Shown here: piece by piece, positions 1 through 11,594 of the stretch
Numbering within the stretch: position 1 is the stretch's first letter
How the letters are laid out: each line of letters opens with the position of its first letter
Assembly (NCBI GenBank): GCA_905178155.1
Contig: CAJINV010000009.1
Coordinates: forward strand, 2,271,373 to 2,335,372
Length of the DNA: 64,000 nt
DNA from: Amoebophrya sp. A120
Taxonomy: Eukaryota; Protista; Dinoflagellata
Direction of reading: 5' to 3'
Made by a program: the position numbers and the translations under genes
The notes under the pieces: generated by a model
Seen by the model: only the letters and a program-made list of their open reading frames with translations
Databases searched by the model: none
What the model was told of the DNA's origin: nothing

Positions 1-1130
1 TCTCAAGAACGGTAAACGACATCAAAATCATGGACATGGTGCAGCACGGACCACCGCCTCGGCAGACAAAAAGAGAACCATCGCTGGGAGCCTGCACCCC
101 AGTGGTAGATTCTACTGCCTGAACTCTTGTCTTCAATCCGAAAAAAATGGATGGTAGGAACTCATCTGCTTCATTTATCAAGATCAATAGGGCGCCAAAT
201 TATCAAAGCCAGACTTGCAGCGGGAGACTGGGACGTCCTGACTCTTTTACCCATCCAGTAGTCCCAGTTCTTGTTGTGGCGGCAGGCGGGAGAGTGTGAT
301 TTCGAGGCTGCGTGGAAAGATTTCGTTTCTGGACGACCGTCCTCCCGTACGATGGTCCATCTCGCACGAGAACAGGCGCTGCACAAAATTTCCGCCGGTC
401 CGACGACCCTCCGAGCAGTACGTGTCCCGGCCTTGTTGGTCAATCGCACGTCTTTGCTCTGCAGCCGACCTCTTTCTGAAAGCATCCCGCCCTACCAATC
501 GGCTCAAGATGTGGGAGTCGCTCAGTTCACTTGTCCCATACTCGCCGTCAACATAAGCAGGAGCGCCGGCCGCTTCCCCGCCGGCTGTGCTTTTCGATGT
601 TGATGACGATGAAAAGGGGAAAAGCACGGACGACACAGCAGTGCTGCTGGTAGCAGCAGACGATGTCGTGGACGTGCTGACTTTGGATGACGACCGATGT
701 GCTGTTTCGCCTATGCTGCGTCGAACCTCAAACAGCCCCCGTCCGGCGGAGGTGGACGGGCTACCCCTGGCGGGCGGCCGCATTACCGTCCTCGATTTAC
801 TCGCACCCAAAAAGTCCTCGTCAAAGTGGAAGAAGGTCGAGCCGCTCCATTTGGAAGCGGCTGGCCGCGGGTGAACGATCTCCACTTCCCCGCTGTCCAC
901 GATGCACTTGCGCTCGCATTGGTCGAAAAAAAAACAAGACATATTGTTCAAAGGCTTTTACTTCAAAGGCTTTTATTGCTGTTGCGCTTGTACTATCAAT
1001 ATCATATCAAGCATGCACTACCTCAGACTCTGCATTCAACATTTCCATTTTTTTCCGGCTCACCGGCCCGATGTGGACCATGGGCGTTCTGCTCGTCTTG
1101 TTGCGACCCGAGCTCGCGGCAATGGAAGCA
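1..1130 (-). CDS. Multi-exon hypothetical protein, probably running off the left end; exon structure unresolved
   Basis: ORF 247..951 is Ser/Thr-rich like neighbouring genes; a probable upstream exon ends ...MEMLNAESE|gtagt near 1021. Confidence 0.4.
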
Positions 1131-1602
1131 ATTATCTATCGGTCGCAATCAGCAAAGCAAGCCAACGTGTTGCTCTCTCCCGAAAATTTCAAAAACTCAA
1201 ACTCACAGCCACCTGTGCCTGTTGATCGATAAGTAGAAGCATCCTCACAGGTGACAAAACAACGTAACACTTTAGGTTTAGATGGGACGCTTTTCTACCC
1301 CTGAAATTGAACAAAGAACCATGTTGTCGGCTATGGTACCACACACAGGGTCTGCCAGCCCCTCACCTCCGGAGTGCTCAACGCGGCAAGTGCAACCAAC
1401 ACGACGAACAAAAACGAAGACGAGACAGAAGGACACAGTGGACTCTATTTCTAGCTTTTGCGATTTGTCCGCCCCGTGTAGGCAAAGAACCCTCCATATG
1501 AAATCAATAGAGCCCCTGCCCAGTGGGACTAGGTCTAGGACAGGAGTACTTACACGACTCGCCAAAAAAATAGAAGCGCTCTGGTCATTTTTTTTGCTGC
1601 CG

Positions 1603-3481
1603 TCACGCCCTTTCCAGCACTGCACAGAAGAAGCCGTCCAAACCCTTGGTTTGGGGCAGCGCATGTTTAGGTTCTTTAGACAAGTACAGCTGGTATTTCT
1701 CACAAAAGAATTCAATCTGTCTTGCGTTTTCCTCTGGCAAAATAGAATTAGTCATGTAAACAATCTTGCCTCCACCGCGGGTGGGAGTTTCAAGAGACGA
1801 CCCATTTGCGGCACTTCCATCCTTCCTCGGCACTCTCGCAGCTCCTCTAGTTGGGGACCTTACGTAAGGGAGGGCCTGGTCAAAGATTTCCCGCTGCCTC
1901 GCAATGTACTGCAAGAGCTTTTCCTCGCTAAAGGTGTACTTCATGTCTGGGTTTTTTCGCAGTGCGCCCGTCCCACTATTCGGCACGTCTAAGACGACCC
2001 AGTCGCACTTCCCCAAAAGTGTTTTGTTACTTGCCGCGAACGAAGACTTCGCTCGATTGAAGTGCAGCAGCGGATGGCCGGGCGGCAAAATTTGGTAGTT
2101 CTTGATTCCAGCCTTGCGAAGCCGCCGCCGCGCCTGCACGAGAGCCGTGTCTTTAACGTCGTGAAGAAACAATGCACCGGAATTTCGCATTTTTGGTCCA
2201 AACACCAGACTTTTGCCGCCCGCGCCCGCACAAAAATCGAGCACCTTTTGCCCGGGCTCGCAATCCACCTCGAGTCCCATCAGTTGCGAGCTCTCGTCCT
2301 GCAACTCGAAGTAGCCAGATCGTTTTTCCTCAAACAAAGCTTCCAGGATGGCCGCTTTCGTTTGAAAATGATGTAGTGTGATACCGAGCGGGCTGTGCTT
2401 CGCCATTTCGATCGTGTTGATCTCCTTCGCGAGAAGCAAATCATACACTTCCTGTCTCGACTTCTTCAGCGGGTTCACGCGCAGAAAGTACGTCGGCTTC
2501 TCGTTCAGAATGCGGCAAAGGTTCTGCGCTTTCTTCACGTGCGGGGCCGAAGCGCTGAGATTTGCCGGTGATGAAGGTGCCGATTGTGAGTAAACTGGCG
2601 TCGTGCGGCTTGATTTGGAGCTGGCAGATGGCCTGCTACTTTTCGTCGCCGCAAAAAGCGACTGTTGTGGAACTTCTTCGGAAGTGACGTCAGTAGCCTG
2701 CGTGGTTGCGCAGTAGTCGAACGGAGCCTCACTGCTCTCGTTATGGAGGCCGTTTCCAGGCCGACTTGATCTGTCATGGATGTTGCCTGGGGTGACGACA
2801 CGAACGTCATCCTCACGTTCTTCCACCTCGTCGCTTGTTTGTGCCGTGGGCGCTAGAGACAAGAAGCTGTTGGCTATGCACGAAAACAAGTAGTCTGGGA
2901 ACCCGCAAATTGCGGCGGGACTGAGTTTCCGCGACGCGAGCTGCTGGTCCTTCCACCGCTTGGACAGAAAGTAGGTTTTCATGCGATTGTGCCACAGGTT
3001 GTTGTTCATAAACTGTCCGCCGACCAGGTCCAGCATCCCCTTATCCAGGAAAAAACACCCATCTTCCCCATCCATTTTTTGCATGACAAATAGTGGAATT
3101 GATGCACGTAATTGGATGGGGATGGATGTTTTTTCCTGGATACCCCTTCCACCGAATCAGTTCATAAAAATGCTCGGAGATGAACCTCCGGTCCTCGCGC
3201 TTAATGCCCTTATGCGCCTTGAAATACCTCCGGAGAAACAAGTCTAGCGGGTAGGCGGAAACTGCTTGATGATGCGTGGTGGTTGATGCAGTCGACGAGG
3301 TTGAGGAGGACGAGCCGCCAGCGGTCAGATTTGGCATCGAAGATGGTGCTGTACGATTTTTATAACTACTGGCGCTTTGCACGTCTAGCATCTTCAGCGC
3401 ATTTTCCAAATGTCTTGCGCGGCTCGCGTTCAGGGAGCCTGTGATCAAACTTGTGGCCGCAGCTGGTGCGGAGGATGCCAT
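1603..3481 (-). CDS. RsmB/NOP2/Sun-family RNA m5C methyltransferase (2 exons, split by introner 3042-3142)
   Basis: Motifs LRVN, FELQDESSQL, VLDFCAGAGGKS, VLDVPNSGTGALRKNPD, IVYMTNSILPEEN, DGFFCAVL; ORFs 3041..3520 and 1603..3084 join as LIRWKG-MLDL after element removal. Confidence 0.9.
3042..3142. mobile_element. Introner / MITE-like non-canonical intron, 101 bp
   Basis: Ends TATCCAGGAAAAAACA / TGTTTTTTCCTGGATA; CCCCT duplicated at 3037-3041 and 3143-3147; removal restores the frame. Confidence 0.92.
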
Positions 3482-4218
3482 TTTGATTTTGATTTGGTCG
3501 CGAGGCGTCTCCTGTAGCAATCAAGTATTTACACTCAGAAAGCAGGATCTTAAATGGAAAGCAAGTTAAACAGTAAATTTTAATTTAAATGCTTAGAAAT
3601 AACAGACGAAAAAAACTTTTTAACGCTACACACGACGCAGCCATCGACCCGCCAGATCTTCACGCCTTCTTACTTATCGGCAGGGCAAAACCATGACAAA
3701 ACGAATGCAGCTGAGAAGCAGGACCTGCGATCTTGTTCTTGATCTTTGTCTTTCACTTCCATTCTGTATCTGTTCCTGCACCTGCTCCTGCTCTGTTCGG
3801 AAAATAAAAAACATCGGAGGAGAGGGCAAGGAACCAAGATCCCGCCAACCCTTTTGATGGAGCAAAACTTCTGTTTCTGTATCGATGTGGATCTCCGGAA
3901 TATTGCAGTCGGGCTTCTCCGATCTTGGTGACTTTCGAGAAAACTGTTCTTGCGGTCTGTCACAAAGGTGTAGCCCTGTTGTAGGTAGAGCGGCGACCTG
4001 TCCAGCTCAACTACATCAGGACGGGCAGGGCACGAAGCCAGAAACGCTCATTCTACGGCATTGCCAGTAACTCCAACACGCGTGATCCGCGATCGGGAAC
4101 GCAATCACCGCGTTGCAGCAAAATGTCTAGAATTGTTTTGAAAAAGTTGAAGAAGTGTGTGTCATGTCTAGCATTCCCCAAGCCGGTTTTTGTGGGCCTC
4201 CGCTGCGAGCTGCCTGTG

Positions 4219-5683
4219 CTACAGTTCGATATCCATGGTGAAGTCGTAATCAATAGTCGGGACGACAGAGGAGATGAACTTCAAGAAGACGAACAAAGCC
4301 AGATCGTGGCGCGGCTGTAGGCCCTGCTCCATCCAATCCCGAATAACCTTCTTCATCACTGCTGCGTGCTGTCATCGTTGAGATAAAAAACTTCCCGCAT
4401 TTATTGTATTTTCGAAGCATTTCGTGATCGGTGCATACAATCATTCGATTAGTACGCAAAAAAAGGTCTTTTGTAGTAAGTCTAAGTTATGTTCACTTCC
4501 TGTAGACTACCTTGCATGGATGTATGCTGCAGGTTGGCACGGCGGTGAGAGGATGTGGGTCAACCGTGACGGTTTTGCTATGGTACTCTGATAGCACATC
4601 CTGAAAAATCTCCCGGGACTCTAGTGGTCGGCCGTAGATGTCATACCTGCAGTACAAGAGTTGCAATGCGGCTGCGCAAAGGCAGTCGTGATTATATTGG
4701 TATCGCCTTGATTGAATTTATATCAAACCACGCAATTCAAAAGAAAAACGCAGGACTCGTCGATGCCTTACCCGAAGAGCCATAGCCTTGGTGTTTGGTA
4801 GTATTTGTCATATGTTATTGAGAGGTCGTAGGTGCGCAATTTGGTGGACTCCTTTCCGCTGTCCGGGAGTTCAAACCTAAAATCGATTTTGATTTTCGTT
4901 CATTTACAACTACTTAACTTATGCATCATGTGTGCTTTGGCGTATGGTTGGCATGAAATAAAGATCATGATCATGAGCCAAAAGGTGCGAATCAACACGC
5001 TTGTTACCCATCGTTTTCTATGTCGTCATCGTCATCCCCTGCCAGCATGTTATCCAAGTCTCCGAAATCCAGTTTCTCCGCCGCCTTCTGGCCCCCTTTG
5101 CTGCCGGTGGCCCCGGCGCCGCCCGGCTTGTCCTTGTCTTCCGTATCTGGCGGGAGGCACCAGTCTTCTGACATAGACAGTTTCTGCAGACTCGCATCTA
5201 AATCGCGTACCCTCTCGCGGCAACGGACGTTACCTAATATGAGGACGAAGATCTTCATGATGATCATGCCATCTGCACGATGCTACTAGCTGACGTAACG
5301 AGAGCAGGACTTGCTTCTGATTCTATTTCTAGAGGACATCATGATACAGTCCAAAATTTTTTCCCAGGTAAGCAGAACGACGAGGATTAGCACTTACAAG
5401 CAAAGAGATGAAAACCATCAATGCACAAAAATGTGAAATTCATACGCGTGATCAGGTATTGCTTCTCGTCTGGCAGATACCCCGCGCGATTTGCGGGCTT
5501 TCCCTTCTCCCACTGCCAGGACGGGAATTTGTAGCAGAGTTGGTCGCCAGCCTGTAGAAATTCCTGTGGTGTCAAAGTCCCCTCCTCGATGAACTTCGTT
5601 TCCGTCGGTACTGGGGTTACCGCTGCCACTCCGGCTCGCAGCGTGTCCCCGACTTTGTGTGCATACTCAAAGATCGAGTTCAT
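4219..5683 (-). CDS. ATG3: Autophagy E2-like enzyme Atg3, 5 exons with GT-AG introns
   Basis: Exons about 5683-5446, 5233-5008, 4876-4772, 4646-4511, 4368-4219 give [45 protein letters not shown], catalytic SIHPCKHA and [17 protein letters not shown]. Confidence 0.95.
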
Positions 5684-6921
5684 GTCGTATGCAGCACGAC
5701 GAAGATCTCGACGTCTTCTCACCGACTACTCGAACTACAACTACCGTTCTAGCACCAGCTGTAAGCAATTTTCCGTACCTCCTTGCTCGATGAATCAGAA
5801 TCTAATCGTAAAACAGAATGTTCTTGCCTGGCAAATGTCGCACCGTAGCGCGACACAGCTTGTTCTAATTTCAATGGGGTCGCCGGTTTGCTCCTCGCTC
5901 TTGTTGTAGGCGATTCCAAAGATTCACGACCGGGAGCTAGTGCACAACCTGCACTTCGGGAAGAGTGGCACTCGCACTCCTTGTCCGTGATTCGACGAGG
6001 AGTACGATCTTATTGCTTGTCGTCGTTGCAGGGTGTAGCTGTAGGCGGAGATCAACTCTGGCGGCCCTGGACTGCGACCACTGACGGTCAGAATACCACC
6101 TTCCCTTTTTCTTGTCACCCCGTAGTTCTCCTGTCTCCTGAAGTCAGCAGCTACGACGAGTCTCGAGTCCACTTCGCTTCCTCGGCTTTGCGCAACGCCT
6201 GTAACTTTCAACGACGACTTTAGTACTTTTCGTTCAACAGTTCCAGTTCCAGTTGTCCCACTTACGCGAGGCGTTAATAAATAAGTGGTGCTCGTTCAAT
6301 GCCAGGTTGGACGCGCCCGCCGCTTCTCCTTTTCCACAAGCAAAATCGTTTTCAAAGAACGCTGCGCAACGGCAACCGAAGAGGCAACACGGATCGCAAC
6401 ACCTTGGATCAACACTCACACTAGTTGTAGGTGTAGCATAGGCTGTCGTGATGAGAATGAGAATCTATCCGTCGGTTCTGTGTGAGGAAAGAGGCCAACA
6501 CGCTGCACACTAGATGGAGTAGAAACCAGATTTTTATCCTTCTACTTTCTGTACGTGAAAAAAGGCCGCTTTTTTGAAGAACTGAGGAACAAAATGAAAG
6601 ACGCGACCACACGGACGACCAATTCTTGTGCTCTGCGGTTGAGTGTAAGGTTACTTACACCAGGCATAGATGAGACAGGCGAACATGATGACGTGCCGTG
6701 AGCACGAGCTAAGTCGTCGAAAACCAGCAGCAGCTGCTTTACCTACTTGGCGTGGCCTGTGCGTTCTCGTACTTATGTCGCGATGATTGATATGATTTAA
6801 GCCTACATTGCATCAAAGCGTGCACAGAAGAAATCGGTCGGCTCAACCATGGTCGTAGTTCTTCCTGTTCGTGTGATAGTGATTTGAGAGCAGGTACAAG
6901 CTGCATATCAATTTCATTCAA

Positions 6922-8538
6922 CTACAAGAAGCTGCTCGAGATTTGCGAGCGTCCGAACTTGCCCTTGAGTGCGCCGTCGCCCTCCATCATTTTCGAGAAG
7001 GTTTTCGCGTCGATCTGCTTTTTGGTGTCCAAATCCGTGGTCGGGTCGAACAATTTTCGCGTCTTCACAACTACCTCGCCTTCCCTCGCATTGATCATCT
7101 CCTGCTCGTGCTTTCCCGCCCCCCAGAGGTCGCCGTCGCCCTTCATGCGCTTTTCCGCCAGCTCCCGTCCGCGCTTCAAACTGTCCGCGCCCGAGGTGCC
7201 GTCCCGAACCTGGTCGAAGAGCGACTTCTGCTGGCCGCTGTAGGCCTTCTCGAACGCGTCGAGCTCGCCCTGAGTTCGCTCGATCTCAAACGCGTCCTTC
7301 TTCTCCTGGCGACTGCCGCCAAATAATCCGGCGAGCGCGTCGGACATGTCCGCACCCGCAAGCCAGGCGGGCTGGTCGGGCTCGTTTTTGTTGTCCTCCT
7401 TCGGTTTCTTCCGAGAAATCACCATATCCGACGGCGGCCTCGCCGGCCCAATCCCGCTGGCCTTCGCCGCGGCGCTGCTCGCGGTGGCGTTCTGCTCAGC
7501 TTGAGCAGCTGTGTCATGCTCATGTTCTTGCAGTTGACCGTCACCAGCCACTGCACTGCCCGTTGAGGACGCCGCAGAAAGGAGCAACGCTTGCCCCGGA
7601 GGTGGGTTTGCGTTTGTGGGCGAACTTCTCGGACTCTTCACGATCTTCTTCAGTTCTTCGCGTTTCTTCTCCTCTTTCTCCTTGTATTGTTTCCTTAATC
7701 CGACCGCGATTTCCCCGACGCAGGGCCCGACCAGGTGGTCCCAGTACATGTACGTTTCTGCGATCAGATGCCGCTCCCAGCCGCCCTTCGTCCGGTTCGC
7801 ACCCTGGTGCGTCTGCATGCCCGGCTCGTCGTTGCCCTGCGTCATTTTCAGACCCTGGAAAAGATGGCGGAGCTTCTTCTTCTTTGCGGGATTCGTCAAC
7901 CCATCTAGGCTCACACTCTGCCCGTCGTCGATCGCTGTGAACAGAGACTTCAGGTCGGACACGATGCGGTCCAAGATCTTCGGCGTTTCCTTCTCGTAGC
8001 CCTGATCTTCCAACTCTTCCTGTCCGTTGGTAAGGAGGTAGTGGAGTAACCGCTTCATATTTGGAACATCCAAGTAGTACGTCGCCGCTGCGCGCACCAG
8101 CTTCTCGATCTTCTTCGGCGCCACGAGTTCCATCAGTGCGTCGTCGTGGTGGTGCTTTGGCTTTTCTTGATGTTCCTTTTTAGCTTTCTTCTTCTTTTTT
8201 TTCTTCTTTTTCTTTTTGTCCTCAGAACTGCTGCTGTCATTGTCGTCCGATGAGTTATTGGCCTTGGCGTCACTATCGGAATTATCGGAACTGTCGTCAT
8301 CCGACCCCTTCTGTCGCTGCTTGTGCTTGCGCGACTTCTTGTCTTTTTTCTTTGTTTTCTTGTCTTTTTTCTTCACCTTCTTGTCCTTCTTACTCTTCTT
8401 GGAAGATTTCTCCTCGCCATTTTCGTCGCTCTTATTCTTTTCCACGTCGGCACGGCTTTCATTCTCGTTGTCGCTCTGGCTGCCGTCCTCGTCAGAGGAA
8501 CTGTCGTCCTCCTTTCGCTTTTTCTTCCCGTCGCCCAT
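6922..8538 (-). CDS. Lys/Ser/Asp-rich protein, GPALPP1/DUF3752-like
   Basis: 538-aa intronless ORF; IGPARPP motif, KSLFDQ and C-terminal FDPTTDL...GKFG resemble DUF3752 proteins. Confidence 0.6.
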   Translation of the reverse strand: MGDGKKKRKEDDSSSDEDGSQSDNENESRADVEKNKSDENGEEKSSKKSKKDKKVKKKDKKTKKKDKKSRKHKQRQKGSDDDSSDNSDSDAKANNSSDDNDSSSSEDKKKKKKKKKKKAKKEHQEKPKHHHDDALMELVAPKKIEKLVRAAATYYLDVPNMKRLLHYLLTNGQEELEDQGYEKETPKILDRIVSDLKSLFTAIDDGQSVSLDGLTNPAKKKKLRHLFQGLKMTQGNDEPGMQTHQGANRTKGGWERHLIAETYMYWDHLVGPCVGEIAVGLRKQYKEKEEKKREELKKIVKSPRSSPTNANPPPGQALLLSAASSTGSAVAGDGQLQEHEHDTAAQAEQNATASSAAAKASGIGPARPPSDMVISRKKPKEDNKNEPDQPAWLAGADMSDALAGLFGGSRQEKKDAFEIERTQGELDAFEKAYSGQQKSLFDQVRDGTSGADSLKRGRELAEKRMKGDGDLWGAGKHEQEMINAREGEVVVKTRKLFDPTTDLDTKKQIDAKTFSKMMEGDGALKGKFGRSQISSSFL

Positions 8539-8827
8539 ATTGACAGCAATGTGGCTTAGTAAACTAGTATCGATCTGTATCTACTGATTTAGAGTTGCAG
8601 CTCCACCCAAAGTACGCAGTCGATACTTCTTCAAGTGCTCGCGTTCGTTCAAAAAGTGAGACAACGAGGTCAAGCTAGCGAAAGTAATGCTAATGGCCTG
8701 GCGTCAGAAGGTCTGGCTAGAAAACTTGTTGGAGTTGGAGGTGTTCCGCGCAAGGGCGTCTTTCTGCCCCGCAACGAAAACTCTGAAAACAAAACTTGAG
8801 CTTCGCAATGCAAAAAAAGTGAAAGCG

Positions 8828-9165
8828 TCTCAATGTTGGATGTAAAAAGTGATTGGTCTAAGACGCGGAGGCACGGGGGCACGTTTTAATTTGTGATTTC
8901 GTCTCTGGGTGTCAACGCGAGCTCTTCAACGTGCATGTGCGTGTGCGTCCTCTAGATGGACGGTGCTGGAACAACGCTGATCAGTGTGGAGCAAACATGA
9001 AAGTGGATGATCACTTCCGTCGCCCAGTCAATGTCGCAGTTTTTTGGACTCAAAAGGAGGTAGCAATACCCGAAGGTTGCTGCTTTTTTGATTTATTTGC
9101 ATCAATTAAGAGAATCATTTTTTGAGGCGTAGTTCGGGTGGGGTTTACAAGAATTTGCATTTTTA
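8828..9165. repeat. Dispersed intergenic repeat, copy 1
   Basis: Aligns with about 24240-24558; shared blocks aagacgcggaggcacggg, tcctctagatggacggtg, cacttccgtcgcccagtcaatgtcgca. Confidence 0.85.
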
Positions 9166-9203
9166 GCGATCACTCTTCACAAGGTTTTTTTCAGTTTGCT
9201 ACT

Positions 9204-11594
9204 TCTGCTGCTACGATTCTAGTATGATCCTTTCCCAGCTGGCGATGAAAAAAGTTTTCTTCTGCTCTTATGTTCTCAGACACCCACGGAGCAGCCTGCG
9301 CCCGCAGGATCCCTGAAATTCAATCACGGACGTGGGGCCAGCTTCTTTTGCGTGGTGTGCAAACTTGACGCAGAGCCTCCAGCTGAAGACTCGCGCTTTC
9401 GCGTGTTTGCTTTCAGTCGAGGTGTTACACATTTGGAAAAAAAAGCGGCAACCTCTTGCGCAAAATCACCCACATTTTGACCCTCCCTTGAGGGCTGGCC
9501 AAAGTTGCACTTTTTGGTGTGTAACACAGCAGTTTTTTTGCGAACCCCCACGGCCTTCTGCGACTTACTGTGTTACACATTTCAAAAAGTATCAAGGTTC
9601 CGCTCGGGGAGAAAAATATCGAAGTTGGTTTCCGCCCGGTGAAAAAAGTGTTACACATGGAAAAAAAAGTGATACAGTTGCTATTTTTTCTGGCCTTGCT
9701 TTGACCCCTCAAAAAAATACAGTGTGTATCACTTTTTTTTGCAATCCGGGTGGAAAGTTGGCATTCGGGACAGGGCGTCGATTTGGCCAGGAAAGGGCAA
9801 ATTACGTAGAGCCATCATGACCACGATGGGAAGGAAAAGGCTGGCACTGCAAACGCGCCCGCTCGTCGCGTCAAATGCCAGCGAGCGCTGTTCTGCACTT
9901 TTCGCTCCCGTGCGTGTCGCCGTTGCGCAAGTCGGCCTGGAGGCGTCAAAAACGGTCGCTGCGGTTCATCAGATTTGCAACTAAGTGAAACAGCAGGCAT
10001 TGTCCATCACAAGGTCGAAAGCATCGCTTTGACCTTGGCCCGCTCTATTGTTTCGCTGAGACATTCTGCCGCCGCCCGGTCTATCAGTCACTGTAGTTCT
10101 CAATCAGGTCCGCGACATGTAGCAGCTTGCCTTCTTAGCTATTCCAGTGAACTGAAGCAGCCGCAGCTACGTGGAGGCCTCCTTTTTGCCTGACACGAAA
10201 ATGAAAACGCAATAGGCATGACAGGTAGCCGCGGCTCGAAAAAAGTTCTAGCCTGCCCTTGAAAAAATACGCTATTTTCGATGTCGTGTGTAACTGTAAC
10301 ACTTTTTTCCTTCGATATCTGCTGCTACGATTCTAGTATGATCCTTTCCCAGCTCGCGATGAAAAAAGTTTTCTTCTAGAAACTGAGTTCCTAGAAGAAA
10401 ACGCAGCTTCTTCTTCTAGAAGAAGCTGCGTCCTCTTCTAGAAGAAAACGCGAAGTTTTGTCTTCTTCTATGAGGCTGGTCTTCCTGTAGAAGACACAGC
10501 TTTTTTTCTTCTAGAAGACGCAGCTTCTAGAAGAAGCTGCTTCTTCTTCTAGAAGAAGCTGTGTCTTCTCCCTAGAAGACAAAGCAGATCGCTCTGCAGA
10601 TGTGTTCAGAAGCACACTTCTAGAAGGCCAGGAGGAAAAAGCTGCTGCGCGAGTTTTCTTTACCTAAGAGCACAGCAGAACTCGCGCTCCTACAGCTTCG
10701 GCTTTCGTGTCTCAAAGAAATGCGCTCCTGGGATTTGCGTACTGCGTCTACATGTGAGGAGTTCTCGGATGTGAGCTCGCATCTGAGGAATTCTCGGACT
10801 TGAGTTCGATGTCAGCAAATCTTAGGAGCACAGTTCTGCAAGCCAGAGCACGAGAGTGCTACTCGAGTTTGTGTTCTGACCTTGAAACACAGAAAATCCC
10901 GCGCAGCATCATCTTACGAGGGGGCTTTGCAGAACTATGATCCCAGGTCTCGACGCGGCGAAAATCCCAGGGGCGCACTTCTTTATCTCCCCGACGTCGG
11001 ATGATTTTGCGCGAGGTCTTCAGACCTACTGCCGGCCAGAGCACAAAGCCGACGTGGGGGCCTTGCCGAAATATGCTCCCAGGATTTCCGGCAAACCTTG
11101 GGAACGCATTTCCGAAAGGCTAGAGTGTGGCAGCTGCTGGGCGACCCCTGACATTGAAGGCGCATTGCTTTCAACGACCTGGCGCTGAACACGAATTGCT
11201 TGCAATATACTAGCACAACAAAGAAAATACTTCCTATGCTAAGGCAATGCAAATACTTAATTCATTTCCAATAGCAGGGCACTTGAAAGCCACGCGCTTT
11301 CAACGAGCAGGAGCGTAAGGCCCACTCCTGGCAGCCCGGCAGGAGAAGCGCGGCAGCCCCCCCGAAGACGGCTGCCCGTTCTCCCCCAAGCTCGCGCGCT
11401 GGCTGCTTCCCAGCCACGCCCTTCATGGCCTTCGGCCATTCCAAGCGACTGCGAAGATGTGCAAGCTAAACCCCCCTCGCGGTTTATTTCCATTTTTTTC
11501 AAACCTAAGTTTTCGGGAACAAGGGTAGGAACTAATTTCTGTAAGCCTTAAATGATCCTTTCCCAGCTCGCGATGAAAAAAGTTTTCTTCTGCT
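9204..11594. repeat. Three direct copies of a 43-60 bp segment (9204-9266, 10318-10377, 11552-11594) separated by two ~1.1-kb inserts
   Basis: atgatcctttcccagct(c/g)gcgatgaaaaaagttttcttct occurs three times; on the minus strand it encodes KKTFFIASWERI, the end of ORF 11548..12402. Confidence 0.9.
10372..10626. repeat. Degenerate minisatellite of palindromic CTTCTAGAAG units
   Basis: Recurrent ttctagaaga and gcagcttc...gaagctgc. Confidence 0.85.

Noticed and set aside
3669-4489. Repeat with 47826-48648 first read as a transposon
   Set aside because: It contains the Atg3 last exon and has no TIR or TSD; it is a segmental copy
5888-6612. Short overlapping ORFs between Atg3 and the GPALPP1-like gene
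   Set aside because: No motif or consistent exon chain
9267-10317. Insert as a TAT...ATA introner
   Set aside because: TAT and ATA occur near the ends, but there is no IR and the flanking 5-mers differ
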